Assembly (NCBI GenBank): GCA_043822245.1
Contig: JBDRBY010000081.1
Coordinates: 10,773-74,772, forward strand
Direction of reading: 5' to 3'
Length of the DNA stretch: 64,000 nt
DNA from: Candidatus Omnitrophota bacterium
Lineage (GTDB): Bacteria; Omnitrophota; Gorgyraeia; Tantalellales; Tantalellaceae
Numbering within the stretch: the first letter of the stretch is position 1; each line of letters begins with the position of its first letter. The notes beneath the pieces are model-generated. The model was not told the DNA's origin. It searched no databases and was given only the letters and a program-made list of their open reading frames with translations. A program made the translations under genes and the position numbers. Below are positions 47,666 to 57,634 of this stretch, piece by piece.

Positions 47666-47669
47666 AAAA

Positions 47670-48983
47670 ATGAACATAATTAACGTAAAAAACAAAAAGG
47701 TTCTTGTGCTTGGGCTTGGCGTGAGCGGGTATGCCGCGGCAAAACTTTTGACTGAGAGGGGAGCAAAGGTAAAGGTAAGTGAGGCTTCTGATAACGGCGC
47801 GGTTCAAGATTATTCTGGAAAATTACAACAATACTCAATTCCGTGTGAAATGGGCGGACATACCAAAGGTTTTTGCGAAGACGCGGAAATTGTCGTTATA
47901 AGCCCCGGTATTTCTTTGTCCAAGGTAGAGTTGTCCAAGATACTTCATAGAAATGCCGCCATAATGGGAGAATTAGAATTAGGTTTTCTGTTTTGCCGCG
48001 CGCCGATAATCGCGATAACAGGAACTAATGGCAAGAGCACGGTAACAAAGCTTATCGGTAATATTCTTTCTGTCGGCGGTAGGCACACGGTAGTTAGCGG
48101 AAATATTGGTAATCCGCTAAGCGGTGAAGTAGATTTGCTTACAGAAACAAGCCTGGCAGTGGTAGAAGTAAGTTCTTTTCAGCTGGAAACTATAAAACAT
48201 TTTAAACCGTATATTGCCGTTCTTTTAAATGTTACCGAAGACCACTATGAAAGACACACGAATTATGATGAGTACAAGGCCGTGAAATTCAAAATCTTTG
48301 AAAACCAAACGTCAGATGATTGGGCGGTTTTGCATCCTTGTTTTCGGGGCGATGAGTTGCTGAGCGAGATAAAATGCCGGTGCTTATTTTACGAAGCGCG
48401 CCAGGACAAAATTATAGAAGATATCATAAAATCCGGTGAAATGCCTCTTAAAGGCGTGCACAACATAGATAATGCCGCCTGTGCCGCGGTTGTCGCGAGA
48501 ATCGCTGGTATAGACGACAACGCGATACGTGATGGCATAAAAAACTTTACGGCTTTAGATCATCGTTTTGAAACAATAAAAGAATTTAACGGAATAGAGT
48601 TTATTGATGATTCAAAAGCTACGAATATTGACGCCGCGTATCAAGCGCTTAAATCAATGGACAAAAAAACTATTCTTATTGCAGGCGGCAGGGATAAAGG
48701 AGGCGATTATCTCTCGATTTTGCCTATGGTAAAAGAAAAAGTAAGAGTCATGGTTGTTATGGGCGAGAGCGCTTCAAAAATAAAGAACGCCTTTAAAGAT
48801 GTTCTTGTCGTGCGTACGGCAAAAGACATGAAAGAAGCAGTTACTATCGCCTACAGCGAAGCAAAAAAAGGCGAAGCCGTCATCCTCTCCCCCATGTGCT
48901 CAAGTTTCGATATGTTTTCAAGCTACAAAGAGAGGGGACAAGTTTTTAGAAAAGAAGTTAATTCGTTGACGGTTGACTGTTGA
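47670..48983 (+). CDS. murD: UDP-N-acetylmuramoylalanine--D-glutamate ligase
   Basis: KKVLVLGLGVSG Rossmann motif and GTNGKST. The ATG at 47670 follows the repeat element, so the ORF-track extension to 47616 is rejected. Confidence 0.85.
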   Translation: MNIINVKNKKVLVLGLGVSGYAAAKLLTERGAKVKVSEASDNGAVQDYSGKLQQYSIPCEMGGHTKGFCEDAEIVVISPGISLSKVELSKILHRNAAIMGELELGFLFCRAPIIAITGTNGKSTVTKLIGNILSVGGRHTVVSGNIGNPLSGEVDLLTETSLAVVEVSSFQLETIKHFKPYIAVLLNVTEDHYERHTNYDEYKAVKFKIFENQTSDDWAVLHPCFRGDELLSEIKCRCLFYEARQDKIIEDIIKSGEMPLKGVHNIDNAACAAVVARIAGIDDNAIRDGIKNFTALDHRFETIKEFNGIEFIDDSKATNIDAAYQALKSMDKKTILIAGGRDKGGDYLSILPMVKEKVRVMVVMGESASKIKNAFKDVLVVRTAKDMKEAVTIAYSEAKKGEAVILSPMCSSFDMFSSYKERGQVFRKEVNSLTVDC

Positions 48984-49150
48984 TTTGTTGTATTTGTTTA
49001 GTTGTACAGAATAAGCTTTTACGCGAACCAGAGGCGAATGGCCGCATTCCGCGCGCTTCACGATTTGCCTGTTATTTTTTAAGATTGCTTCGTCGCGAAA
49101 AGCGCTCCTCGCAATGACACTTTTCGTGGTGAGACGGTCATCTTAACGAA

Positions 49151-49210
49151 ACTTGTTGCAACGGATCAACGGCCAACAGCCAACGGACAAACGAACTAAC
49201 GGTCAACGAC
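49151..49210 (+). repeat. CAACGG-rich repeat tract upstream of ftsW
   Basis: caacggatcaacggccaacagccaacggacaaacgaactaacggtcaacgac. Shares aacggtcaacga with 12621-12678. Confidence 0.55.
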
Positions 49211-49212
49211 TT

Positions 49213-50301
49213 ATGAATAGAGACGGGAAAATAGTTTTATTAGCGGTGTTTATTTTAACTATGATAGGGATAGTTATGATCTATTCCTCAAGCGCGGTGT
49301 ATGCCCACAAGACATATGCCGATAGCATGTATTTTACCAAGAGGCATTTGGAGTATCTTGCCGCCGGTTTATTGTGCGCTGTATTTTGCATGGCTATTTC
49401 CGTTGAAAGGGTAAAAGATAACGCGAAATGGATAATGCTGTTTACCCTACTTCTTCTAACGGCTGTGCTAATTCCAGGGATAGGCACGGAAGCTTCGGGG
49501 GCTCGCAGATGGATACGTTTTTTCGGCCATGGTTTTCAGCCGTCAGAAGTGGCGAAGCTCGCGTTGATTATTTATCTTGCTGATTTCACTTCGCGGAAAA
49601 AATATATTATGCGTAGTTTTAGGCACGGCTTTTTACCCGCGCTTGCTGTCATAGGGTTTACCGGCGCGATAATTTTAATGGAACCGGATATGGGAACTTT
49701 TGTTTCAGTATTAAGTATAGGTCTGGTTATGTTGTTTTCTTCAGGCGTGCGTTTAAGACATTTGTTTTTTACCGGCCTGGCGGCCTTGCCGGTATTGGCG
49801 GCCGCTGTCGCTTTGGAACCGTACCGCGTAATGCGTGTTCTAACGGTTTTTAACCCTTGGAAAGACGCGAAAGGCGCCGGGTTTCAGCTCATACAGTCTT
49901 TTATAGCTTTAGGTTCTGGCGGTTTTTTTGGAGTAGGGCTTGGAGCGTCACAACAGAAACTTTTCTATTTGCCGGAATCGCACACTGATTTTATTTTTTC
50001 AATTATTGGAGAAGAATTGGGTTTTTTGGGTACAGGGTCCGTTCTCGCGTTATTCGCCGTGCTCATATGTTTTTGTTTTAAGATAGCGTTCAAGCTTAGG
50101 GATAAGTTTTCTTCAAGTGTTGTTTTTGGGGTGGGATCAATGATCGCGTTTGAAGTTGTTGTGAATGTGGGGGTATCTACGGGTGTTCTCCCAACCAAGG
50201 GGCTGCCGCTGCCCTTTATAAGCTACGGCGGAAGTTCTTTGGTATGCCATTTAGCGGCCATAGGGCTTGTGCTTAATATGTCTAGAAGGACGGAGCAGTA
50301 G
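49213..50301 (+). CDS. ftsW: peptidoglycan glycosyltransferase FtsW (SEDS family)
   Basis: Ten-TM SEDS protein. The ATG at 49213 follows the CAACGG-rich repeat tract. Confidence 0.85.
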   Translation: MNRDGKIVLLAVFILTMIGIVMIYSSSAVYAHKTYADSMYFTKRHLEYLAAGLLCAVFCMAISVERVKDNAKWIMLFTLLLLTAVLIPGIGTEASGARRWIRFFGHGFQPSEVAKLALIIYLADFTSRKKYIMRSFRHGFLPALAVIGFTGAIILMEPDMGTFVSVLSIGLVMLFSSGVRLRHLFFTGLAALPVLAAAVALEPYRVMRVLTVFNPWKDAKGAGFQLIQSFIALGSGGFFGVGLGASQQKLFYLPESHTDFIFSIIGEELGFLGTGSVLALFAVLICFCFKIAFKLRDKFSSSVVFGVGSMIAFEVVVNVGVSTGVLPTKGLPLPFISYGGSSLVCHLAAIGLVLNMSRRTEQ

Positions 50302-50304
50302 TTT

Positions 50305-51435
50305 ATGAAAATTATACTTGCCGCAGGCGGAAGCGGAGGGCATATTTTCCCTGCCGTGGCTTTAGCCGCGGAACTTAAAAAACGCGGGATTAAAGATATT
50401 TTTTTTGTTTCAAGCAAAAGGCGTTTAGATAAAAGCATCTTGGATGCTCAGAAGCATAGATGTTTTTTTCTTTCCGTGAATCCCTTGCCCGGAGGGTTTA
50501 AGCCGTTGGGTTTTTTTGTTTTCGCGATAAAGTTTTTCGTTGATATGGTAAGAGCTGGTGGGATTGTATTGAAGATACGGCCGGATGTTGTGGTAGGGTT
50601 CGGCGGATATTCTTCCTGCGCCATAGCGGTAACGGCATGGATTTTTAAAATTCCGGTTATGGTTCATGAGCAGAACATCGAGCCGGGAATCGCGAACAAA
50701 ATGTTGAGCCGTCTCGCCAAACGTATCGCGATTAGTTTTAGGGGGGCTGAAGGGTGTTTTGGTTACGTGAAAGAAAAAATTTTTTATTCAGGAAATCCTT
50801 TGAGGATGGATATTTTGTTTAATGATAGAAAAAAATCTGCTGAGAAATTAGGTATTGCTTCTGACAAATTTACCGTTTTAGTAATAGGGGGCAGTCAGGG
50901 GGCCTCGTTTTTGAATAAGATAGCCTCAGAATGCGCGTTAGTGATAAAAGAGCGAATGGGTGATATGGCGCAATTTATTCACATTACAGGACGCCAAAAT
51001 GACGAAAGAATAAGAGAGTTTTACCGTGTAAATAAAATTAACGGCAAAGTTTACGCGTTTTTGGAAAACATAGCCGACGCGTACGCGGCAAGTGATGTAG
51101 CCGTGAGCCGCTCCGGCGCGGCCGCGATATTTGAACTGGCGTTTTATGGGAAGCCCATGATTTTGGTGCCATATCCAAATCCGAAAAATAGTCAAAAACA
51201 TAACGCTGTGTATTTTTCGAAAAACGGAGCCGCGCTCCTTCGAGAAGAAAAGGAACTTGATTGTAACGGCTTAGCCTCTGATGTCATCAAATTTTTAAAC
51301 AATGAATCTTATCGAGCCGACATGGCAAAAGCCGCGTTAAAACTTGCTGTTCCCGAAGCAGGAAGTGTTTTAGCGGAGGAAGTGATAAAAATGGCAAAAT
51401 GTAGGGCAAAGGCATGCCTGTGCCGATGTGAATGA
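50305..51435 (+). CDS. murG: UDP-GlcNAc:undecaprenyl-PP-MurNAc-pentapeptide GlcNAc transferase
   Basis: GGSGGHIFPA N-terminal motif. The last ~12 codons run through the palindromic repeat, so the C-terminus is uncertain. Confidence 0.85.
   Translation: MKIILAAGGSGGHIFPAVALAAELKKRGIKDIFFVSSKRRLDKSILDAQKHRCFFLSVNPLPGGFKPLGFFVFAIKFFVDMVRAGGIVLKIRPDVVVGFGGYSSCAIAVTAWIFKIPVMVHEQNIEPGIANKMLSRLAKRIAISFRGAEGCFGYVKEKIFYSGNPLRMDILFNDRKKSAEKLGIASDKFTVLVIGGSQGASFLNKIASECALVIKERMGDMAQFIHITGRQNDERIREFYRVNKINGKVYAFLENIADAYAASDVAVSRSGAAAIFELAFYGKPMILVPYPNPKNSQKHNAVYFSKNGAALLREEKELDCNGLASDVIKFLNNESYRADMAKAALKLAVPEAGSVLAEEVIKMAKCRAKACLCRCE
51397..51430 (+). repeat. second copy of the GGCAAAGGCATGCCTNTGCC palindromic element, at the murG/murC junction
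   Basis: aatgtagggcaaaggcatgcctgtgccgatgtga matches 24627-24660 with 3 mismatches. Confidence 0.6.
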
Positions 51436-51444
51436 AGGAGACCA

Positions 51445-52848
51445 ATGCGGAAAATACATTTTATAGGGATTGGCGGGATAGGGATGAGCGCTTTGGCGAG
51501 TATATATTTGTCTTGGGGGCATAGAGTGGCGGGGTCGGACCTTAAACTTAATAATTTGACGGAAAAGTTGTCCCAAGGTGGCGCTTTGATATTTGAAGGC
51601 CATTCCGCGGGTAATGTGAAAAGTGATTTTGATATTGTGGTGCGCTCCGCTTGTATAAGAGAAAATAACCCTGAGGTTATCGCGGCGCGGAAATTGAACA
51701 TACCTGTTATTTCAAGAAGCGAACTGTTAAGAAAAGTTTTACATGAATTCAATTTTTCTTTGGTGGTTACCGGAACGCACGGGAAAACAACTACAAGTTC
51801 TTTGATCGCGTGTATCATGGAGCGTATCGGAAAAAATCCCACGGTTGTTGTCGGCGGAGAGACCGAGCTTTTTGACGGCAATGCCAAACAGGGCGAGGGC
51901 GGCATGATTGTCGCTGAACTTGATGAAAGCGACGGTTATTTTCGAAACGTCAGTTCCACATGCGCGGTAGTAACTAATGTGGAAGAAGAACATATGGAAA
52001 ATTACGGTTCTTTTGAAAATCTAAAAAAAGCTTATGGAGAGCTTATTGGAAAAATTTGTCCGGATGGTTTTTTTGTTTTTAATGGAGAAGACGCGCAACT
52101 TAACAGTCTAAAGTCAAAAACCAAGGCAAAAAAAATTAGTTTTGGCATTAACGGTGATTTCGATGTAACCTGTCAAAATTATTCATGGAAAGATTCCATA
52201 GCTTTCGATTTGATTATATCTGGGAAAAATTACGCCAGGATAGAAAGCCCCCTCATAGGGCGTCATAATATGATGAATATTTTAGCGGCCGTGGCCGCTT
52301 GTACAGCTTCCGGAACTCTCGCCCCGGGAGCTGTTTTGTTGACTGAAGCACTCAAGTCTTTTAAGGGAGTTAAAAGGCGGTTTGAGTTGATGGGTAAGGT
52401 AGGCGGGATAAGGGTAATAGAGGATTACGCGCATCACCCGACAGAATTAAAGGCAGTTATTACCGCGGCGGCGGCCTCAGCACCGGCGAGGCTCATATGC
52501 GTGTTCCAGCCGCATCGTTATACTCGTACTCGTGATTTAATGAATGAGTTTTCAAAATGTTTTGACATGACGGATGTTTTAGTGTTAACTCCTATATATC
52601 CCGCGGGAGAAGAGAAGATTGAGGGAATAAGCTCTCGGGTTCTTTGTGATAAAATTGACTCTGCTTTGTTTGAAAAACTAACGGTTATGGAGAAAAAGAA
52701 TGTCTCTGATTTTCTCGCGGGTTTTGTTAAAGAAAATGATACTATTCTAATTCTAGGCGCCGGTGATATCAGGGAAATAAGCAAAGAGGTAATTAGTTCA
52801 TTGGCTGACGAACTAACGGCCGGCAGAAAAGGAGTTTTCTTATGTTAG
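51445..52848 (+). CDS. murC: UDP-N-acetylmuramate--L-alanine ligase
   Basis: IHFIGIGGIGMS and GTHGKTTT. Confidence 0.85.
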   Translation: MRKIHFIGIGGIGMSALASIYLSWGHRVAGSDLKLNNLTEKLSQGGALIFEGHSAGNVKSDFDIVVRSACIRENNPEVIAARKLNIPVISRSELLRKVLHEFNFSLVVTGTHGKTTTSSLIACIMERIGKNPTVVVGGETELFDGNAKQGEGGMIVAELDESDGYFRNVSSTCAVVTNVEEEHMENYGSFENLKKAYGELIGKICPDGFFVFNGEDAQLNSLKSKTKAKKISFGINGDFDVTCQNYSWKDSIAFDLIISGKNYARIESPLIGRHNMMNILAAVAACTASGTLAPGAVLLTEALKSFKGVKRRFELMGKVGGIRVIEDYAHHPTELKAVITAAAASAPARLICVFQPHRYTRTRDLMNEFSKCFDMTDVLVLTPIYPAGEEKIEGISSRVLCDKIDSALFEKLTVMEKKNVSDFLAGFVKENDTILILGAGDIREISKEVISSLADELTAGRKGVFLC

Positions 52849-53756
52849 ACAGTAATATCCTGGATAAAATTGAGAAAATATGCCGCGGCCATGGTGGAGA
52901 GATAATTTTTAATTATCCTCTCGAGAAACACAGCACAATAGGTATTGGAGGCAGCGCCGGAGTTTTGTATAAACCTGCCGGGGTTGAAGAATTAAAAGAA
53001 GTGAAGTTTCTTCTTGATAACCTCCGAATTGTATCAGTTGTTATTGGTAGAGGCAGTAATGTGCTGATACCCGATGATGGGGTAGATAATTTTGTTATCA
53101 ACCTTTCGAATGCTTCTTTTCGTGAAATAGTAATTGAAGATGATATGGTTTTCGCGGGTTCCGGTGTGTTTTTGGAAAGACTTATCGCTGATTGCTGTAC
53201 GCGCGGGCTTTCCGGATTGGAAGGCCTCTCTGGTATTCCCGCGACAGTCGGAGGGGCGCTCAGGATGAACGCTTCACACAAAACTGAAATAAGCAGGCAC
53301 CTGGTTAAGGTTTTGGTTATGGACTCTAAAGGGAAAGTTGAGTGGAAAGACAAAGATGAATTAAAGTTTCATTATCGGGGTTCTTCATTTAATAAAAATG
53401 ACATAATTCTTCAGGCGGTTTTCGGCCTCGGGAAAGATAAAGCGGATGATATAAAAAAAAGGATGAAGGAGTATTTTTCGGAAAAAGTCAGGAATCAGCC
53501 GATTGGCCAGAAGACTTTAGGATGTGTGTTTAAAAATCCCAAAGATTGTCAATATTCCGCCGGTGAATTAATTGACAGGCTGGGACTAAAAGGGCGTAAG
53601 AAGGGTGGCGCTGAAATATCGCAAAGGCACGCGAATTTTATCGTGAACACGGGAAAAGCGGTGTCTAATGACGTGCGGCAGCTTATGGCAGTTATGGAAA
53701 AAGCAGTGCGAGAGAATTTTTCAATTAAATTAGAGTCTGAGATTGAAATATGGTAG
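52842..53756 (+). CDS. murB: UDP-N-acetylenolpyruvoylglucosamine reductase
   Basis: FAD-binding IGRGSNVL and conserved gene order. Confidence 0.8.
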   Translation: MLDSNILDKIEKICRGHGGEIIFNYPLEKHSTIGIGGSAGVLYKPAGVEELKEVKFLLDNLRIVSVVIGRGSNVLIPDDGVDNFVINLSNASFREIVIEDDMVFAGSGVFLERLIADCCTRGLSGLEGLSGIPATVGGALRMNASHKTEISRHLVKVLVMDSKGKVEWKDKDELKFHYRGSSFNKNDIILQAVFGLGKDKADDIKKRMKEYFSEKVRNQPIGQKTLGCVFKNPKDCQYSAGELIDRLGLKGRKKGGAEISQRHANFIVNTGKAVSNDVRQLMAVMEKAVRENFSIKLESEIEIW

Positions 53757-54724
53757 AAAATTATCGAATTGGAGTCCTTGCCGGCGGGTCGTCCAGCGAA
53801 AGACAAATAAGCCTTCGAAGCGGCAAAGCGGTTTTTAACGCGTTGAAGGGGAATGGGTTTGATGTTCTCTTTCTTGATGTTGATGAAAATAATTTTTTAA
53901 AGCGGATAAAAGAAAATAAGGTTGACATTGCTTTTATCGCTTTACACGGCAAATTCGGAGAAGACGGGACTGTTCAAAAAATACTTGAGGAGGAGGGAAT
54001 TTCTTATACCGGTTCATCTGTTGAAGCCTCTCGGTTAGCTATTGATAAATTATTGACAAAGGATATTTTAAGGAAGAACGGCATACCTGTTCCCGGATAC
54101 AAAATTGTTCACAAAGGTATGGATATTTCTTGTTTGGATTTAGTTTATCCCTGTGTGGTCAAGCCCCGATATGAAGGTTCAAGTGTAGGGCTTTCTGTTC
54201 TTCATTCCAAAGAAAATTTATACGAAGCTGTAAAAACTGCTATGCGGTATAGCGATGATGTTATTATTGAGGATTTTATTTCGGGTAGAGAAGTAACGGT
54301 TGGTATACTTGAGCGAAAGGCTCTTCCTGTTGTGGAAATAATTGCTGAGACGGGAGTTTATGATTTTGACGCGAAATATGAGTCATCCAAGACAAAGTAT
54401 ATCGTGCCGGCGGAATTAGATAAGGACGTTTTTTGTCTATGCCAGGAGATTTCTTTAAAAGCGCATAACGCTCTTGGATGTGGAGATTTTTCACGAGTAG
54501 ATTTAAGACTGAGGGCAAAAAATGAGGTTTTTGTGTTGGAGATTAATACCATACCGGGCCTTACTGAGCGTAGTCTTCTTCCTATGGCCGCGAAAGCGTG
54601 TGGATTGGATTTTTTACAAGTTTGTGTTAAGATGATGGGGGGGGGTATGCGAAGTAAAGGAAAAATTGAAAAAGACGTAGAGACGCGATTTATCGCGTCT
54701 CATACCGATGTTCCGGCCGTGTAG
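53750..54724 (+). CDS. ddl: D-alanine--D-alanine ligase
   Basis: ATP-grasp Ddl motifs. The C-terminal ~25 codons are encoded by the Repeat-A element, so the C-terminus may be remodelled. Confidence 0.85.
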   Translation: MVENYRIGVLAGGSSSERQISLRSGKAVFNALKGNGFDVLFLDVDENNFLKRIKENKVDIAFIALHGKFGEDGTVQKILEEEGISYTGSSVEASRLAIDKLLTKDILRKNGIPVPGYKIVHKGMDISCLDLVYPCVVKPRYEGSSVGLSVLHSKENLYEAVKTAMRYSDDVIIEDFISGREVTVGILERKALPVVEIIAETGVYDFDAKYESSKTKYIVPAELDKDVFCLCQEISLKAHNALGCGDFSRVDLRLRAKNEVFVLEINTIPGLTERSLLPMAAKACGLDFLQVCVKMMGGGMRSKGKIEKDVETRFIASHTDVPAV

Positions 54725-54829
54725 GATGCTGGGGTAAATCTTCTACGCATATTTCCCCCAAACGGCACGGACATTAATTCGACTAATGGTTTCAGAACAA
54801 TGCTTGTTCTGAAACCAAAGTCTCTTTAA
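54655..54829 (+). repeat. Repeat A copy 2
   Basis: Aligns to copy 1 with a few substitutions. Overlaps the 3' end of ddl and supplies the SD of ftsQ. Confidence 0.8.
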
Positions 54830-54835
54830 GGAGAT

Positions 54836-55633
54836 ATGGTGGCAAGAAAGGGTGAATCGCGAAGAAGAAAGAGAAAAGTTGGAAAGAATGTTTCTCTTGT
54901 GAGGACAAGGATAACAAAGTTTGTTTTGACTATTCTTTTTTGTGGGGCGGTATCCGCCGGGGTTTTTTATGGCCTCCGGCATTTTTTTGTTAATAACCCG
55001 CTTTTTGACGTAAAAGATGTAACCGTAACCACGAGCAAAGGCTATTTTTTTGAACAGGGCGAGCAAAACATAAAAAATTTGTACAGGGGAAGAAATATTT
55101 TTTCCATTAATCTTAAACAAGTCCAACTATTATTTGAGAATGAATTTCCGCAGGTAAAAGAGGTTGAGGTAAAGAGAATTTTACCTGATAAGATAGAGAT
55201 TGATGTTATAGGAAGAGAGCCGCGGGCTTTAATAAATTTTGGAGGGGGAATTATCATTGATAAGGACGCGGTTGTTCTTGCTATAGGGGCAAAGGCTGAA
55301 AATTTGGTGCAAATACAGGGAATTACGTTTTTTATGAATATGCCAAGGAAAGGTGAAACTATAAAAAATGAGTTTTTGGATAAGGCGTTGCTTTTGTGTG
55401 AAGGCCTGTACGAAAACATGAAGATGTACCGCAAAGAAGTAAAATATATCGATATTTCGGACAGAAATAGTATTGTTTTAGGATTTTGTGATGTAGAAAT
55501 AAAGATGGGGGCAAGCGGTTTTTCTAAAAAGATTGCTAAATTAAAAGAGATAAGAGAAGACCCGAATATGCGTATGGGAGATATAAGATATGTAGATCTT
55601 CGATTTGAAGATTCAGTTATATCGTTGAAGTAG
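54836..55633 (+). CDS. ftsQ: cell-division protein FtsQ/DivIB-like (POTRA)
   Basis: Basic N-terminus, one TM helix, then a POTRA-like domain. Sits between ddl and ftsA. Confidence 0.6.
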   Translation: MVARKGESRRRKRKVGKNVSLVRTRITKFVLTILFCGAVSAGVFYGLRHFFVNNPLFDVKDVTVTTSKGYFFEQGEQNIKNLYRGRNIFSINLKQVQLLFENEFPQVKEVEVKRILPDKIEIDVIGREPRALINFGGGIIIDKDAVVLAIGAKAENLVQIQGITFFMNMPRKGETIKNEFLDKALLLCEGLYENMKMYRKEVKYIDISDRNSIVLGFCDVEIKMGASGFSKKIAKLKEIREDPNMRMGDIRYVDLRFEDSVISLK

Positions 55634-55644
55634 TCCGCGCTGTT

Positions 55645-56724
55645 ATGAACTACGAACCAGATAGGAGTAAAATGGACCGCTGTTTTGCCGTACTTAATGC
55701 CTCAGATGAAAGAATCACAGCTCTTGCCGCGAGCTGGCACAATAACAGTAATGGCTGGAAAATAGAAGATTTTTGTTACGCGAACGCGAAAGGTTTTGAA
55801 AAAGGCAGGGTTTTGGATGTTGCTTTAGCCGCGGATTCTATTTGTGATGTAGTGGACAAATTGAAAACTAAATCCGGAAAAAATATTCAACAGGTGTATG
55901 CCGGAGTAAGTTCTTCTTCAATTGATGTGATTTCATCCAGAGGAGTGATAATACTATCCAGGTACGGTGGAGAGGTTTCGAAAAGGGGCATAGCCAGATG
56001 TATGGACATAGCTGCTACTATTAAGATTCCCCTCAATAGAGAAATCTTACACAAAATGACATGTGCTTTTTTTATAGACGGAGAAAAAGTAAATAATCCT
56101 ATGGGATTGGAGGCTACAAAGTTGGGGATTGAGTTAAATATTTTTACCATTCCTTCTTCTGTGGTAAACAATATGGCCAAAGCCATTTCCCAGGCGGGAT
56201 TTGTTCCAAAGGGGTTCGTTTTTTCAGGAATCGCTTCAGCCCATAGGGTTTTAACTGAAGGAGACAAAGAAAAAGGTACGGTATTGTTGGATATGGGCAG
56301 AGACATGACAGAGGCCTTGTTTTTTTCCCGAGGCAACTTAATGGGGTGTAAAATTTTGCCAATAGGTGTAAATGAAATTTGGCAGAATCAAGGGAAAATG
56401 GATATTAATAACTTAAAACATTTGGTTTCAGAAGTCAATACGTTATCCAAAGGGGAGAAACTGAATAAGGTTGTAATTGTGGGAGATGACGCGGAGATAG
56501 AAAATTTGGTTGAACTGCTGGAAGTGAATTTTAGATGTCCTGTTAAGATTGGATCTTGCCTTACGAGGCCGCTTGAAGAACTGCCGGTAGATAGAGACGG
56601 CTACATAAGAAACTTGGGAATTTTAGACCACCTCATGGAAGAGAGAAAAAAGGAAGATTTGGGAGGAAATATCGTTTCATCCGTTTTTAAAAAAATCTTA
56701 AATTTTTGCGACTCTTATTTTTGA
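55645..56724 (+). CDS. ftsA: cell-division protein FtsA
   Basis: Actin-like ATPase fold with a C-terminal amphipathic helix (VFKKILNF). Confidence 0.75.
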   Translation: MNYEPDRSKMDRCFAVLNASDERITALAASWHNNSNGWKIEDFCYANAKGFEKGRVLDVALAADSICDVVDKLKTKSGKNIQQVYAGVSSSSIDVISSRGVIILSRYGGEVSKRGIARCMDIAATIKIPLNREILHKMTCAFFIDGEKVNNPMGLEATKLGIELNIFTIPSSVVNNMAKAISQAGFVPKGFVFSGIASAHRVLTEGDKEKGTVLLDMGRDMTEALFFSRGNLMGCKILPIGVNEIWQNQGKMDINNLKHLVSEVNTLSKGEKLNKVVIVGDDAEIENLVELLEVNFRCPVKIGSCLTRPLEELPVDRDGYIRNLGILDHLMEERKKEDLGGNIVSSVFKKILNFCDSYF

Positions 56725-56815
56725 AATAAACCACCGGATGCCTACCGAATTATTGACTTTGGCGTTAAAGTATGGTACTTTTAACCATCGCGAAGGGTAC
56801 TGCGAGGCGTAATAT

Positions 56816-57625
56816 ATGAAAAGTATTGTCGAAAGTATAGGTATCATAGGGTGCGGGAATATGGGAAGCGCTATAGCGAGCGCGCTTGCCGAAAAGGGTA
56901 CGATTTCTCTTCGAGACATGTCTTTGTACGATAAAGACACACGCAAACGGGATATTCTTGCCGAGAAAACCGGTTGCCGGAAGAGGGATTTATTTGATTT
57001 AGTAAAATCTTCTGAAATTTTAATCGTCGCGATTAAGCCGCGGGATTTTGACGAACTTGCTGAGAGTATCGCGCGAAATATAAGAACAACTCAAACAATT
57101 GTGTCTGTAATGGCGGGGATAAAAATACATGCCATAGCTGAAAAATTAGGGAAAGATCTCGCGATAGCCAGGGCGATGCCTAATATGTCCGCGTTTGTTC
57201 GGGAGAGTATGACCTGTGTTTCATTTAACGCGAAGGTTCAGAATGAAAATGGAATACTGAGTATTTTTGCCAGTATAGGCAGGGTTTTAGAAATAGAAGA
57301 GTGTTTTATGGACGCGGTAACCGCGCTTTCAGGGAGCGGGCCCGCTTATTTTTTTTATTTAGCGGACGCTATGATAAAAGCGGGCAGAGAAACAGGTCTT
57401 GATAAGAAAATCGCGGAGGAGTTAGTTATCCAGACTTTTTACGGTTCTGCCGCGCTTATGCGGGATTCCGGCGGTACGCCTGAAGATTTAATAGAAAAAG
57501 TAGCTTCTAAGGGCGGAACCACGGAAACAGCTTTAAAGGTATTTGATGAGAAAAGGGTAAAAGATGCCGTTAAAGAGGCTGTGGCGAAGGCAAAAAAAAG
57601 AGCGGAAGAATTATCACGGGGGTGA
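56816..57625 (+). CDS. proC: pyrroline-5-carboxylate reductase
   Basis: IGIIGCGNMGSAI Rossmann motif and a conserved C-terminus (KGGTTE). Confidence 0.85.
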   Translation: MKSIVESIGIIGCGNMGSAIASALAEKGTISLRDMSLYDKDTRKRDILAEKTGCRKRDLFDLVKSSEILIVAIKPRDFDELAESIARNIRTTQTIVSVMAGIKIHAIAEKLGKDLAIARAMPNMSAFVRESMTCVSFNAKVQNENGILSIFASIGRVLEIEECFMDAVTALSGSGPAYFFYLADAMIKAGRETGLDKKIAEELVIQTFYGSAALMRDSGGTPEDLIEKVASKGGTTETALKVFDEKRVKDAVKEAVAKAKKRAEELSRG

Positions 57626-57634
57626 TTTAGAATA

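Noticed and set aside
47616-47669. ORF-track N-terminal extensions at 47616 (murD), 49153 (ftsW), 25930 (guaA), 32653, 33175, 12682, 6659
   Set aside because: The extensions translate intergenic repeat elements or start at TTG/GTG. In each case a downstream ATG with a good RBS reproduces the conserved N-terminus of the family.
56725-56815. ftsZ immediately downstream of ftsA
   Set aside because: It was looked for because of dcw synteny. The 90-bp gap and the following proC leave no room for it, and no GGGTGSG tubulin signature was found in any frame.
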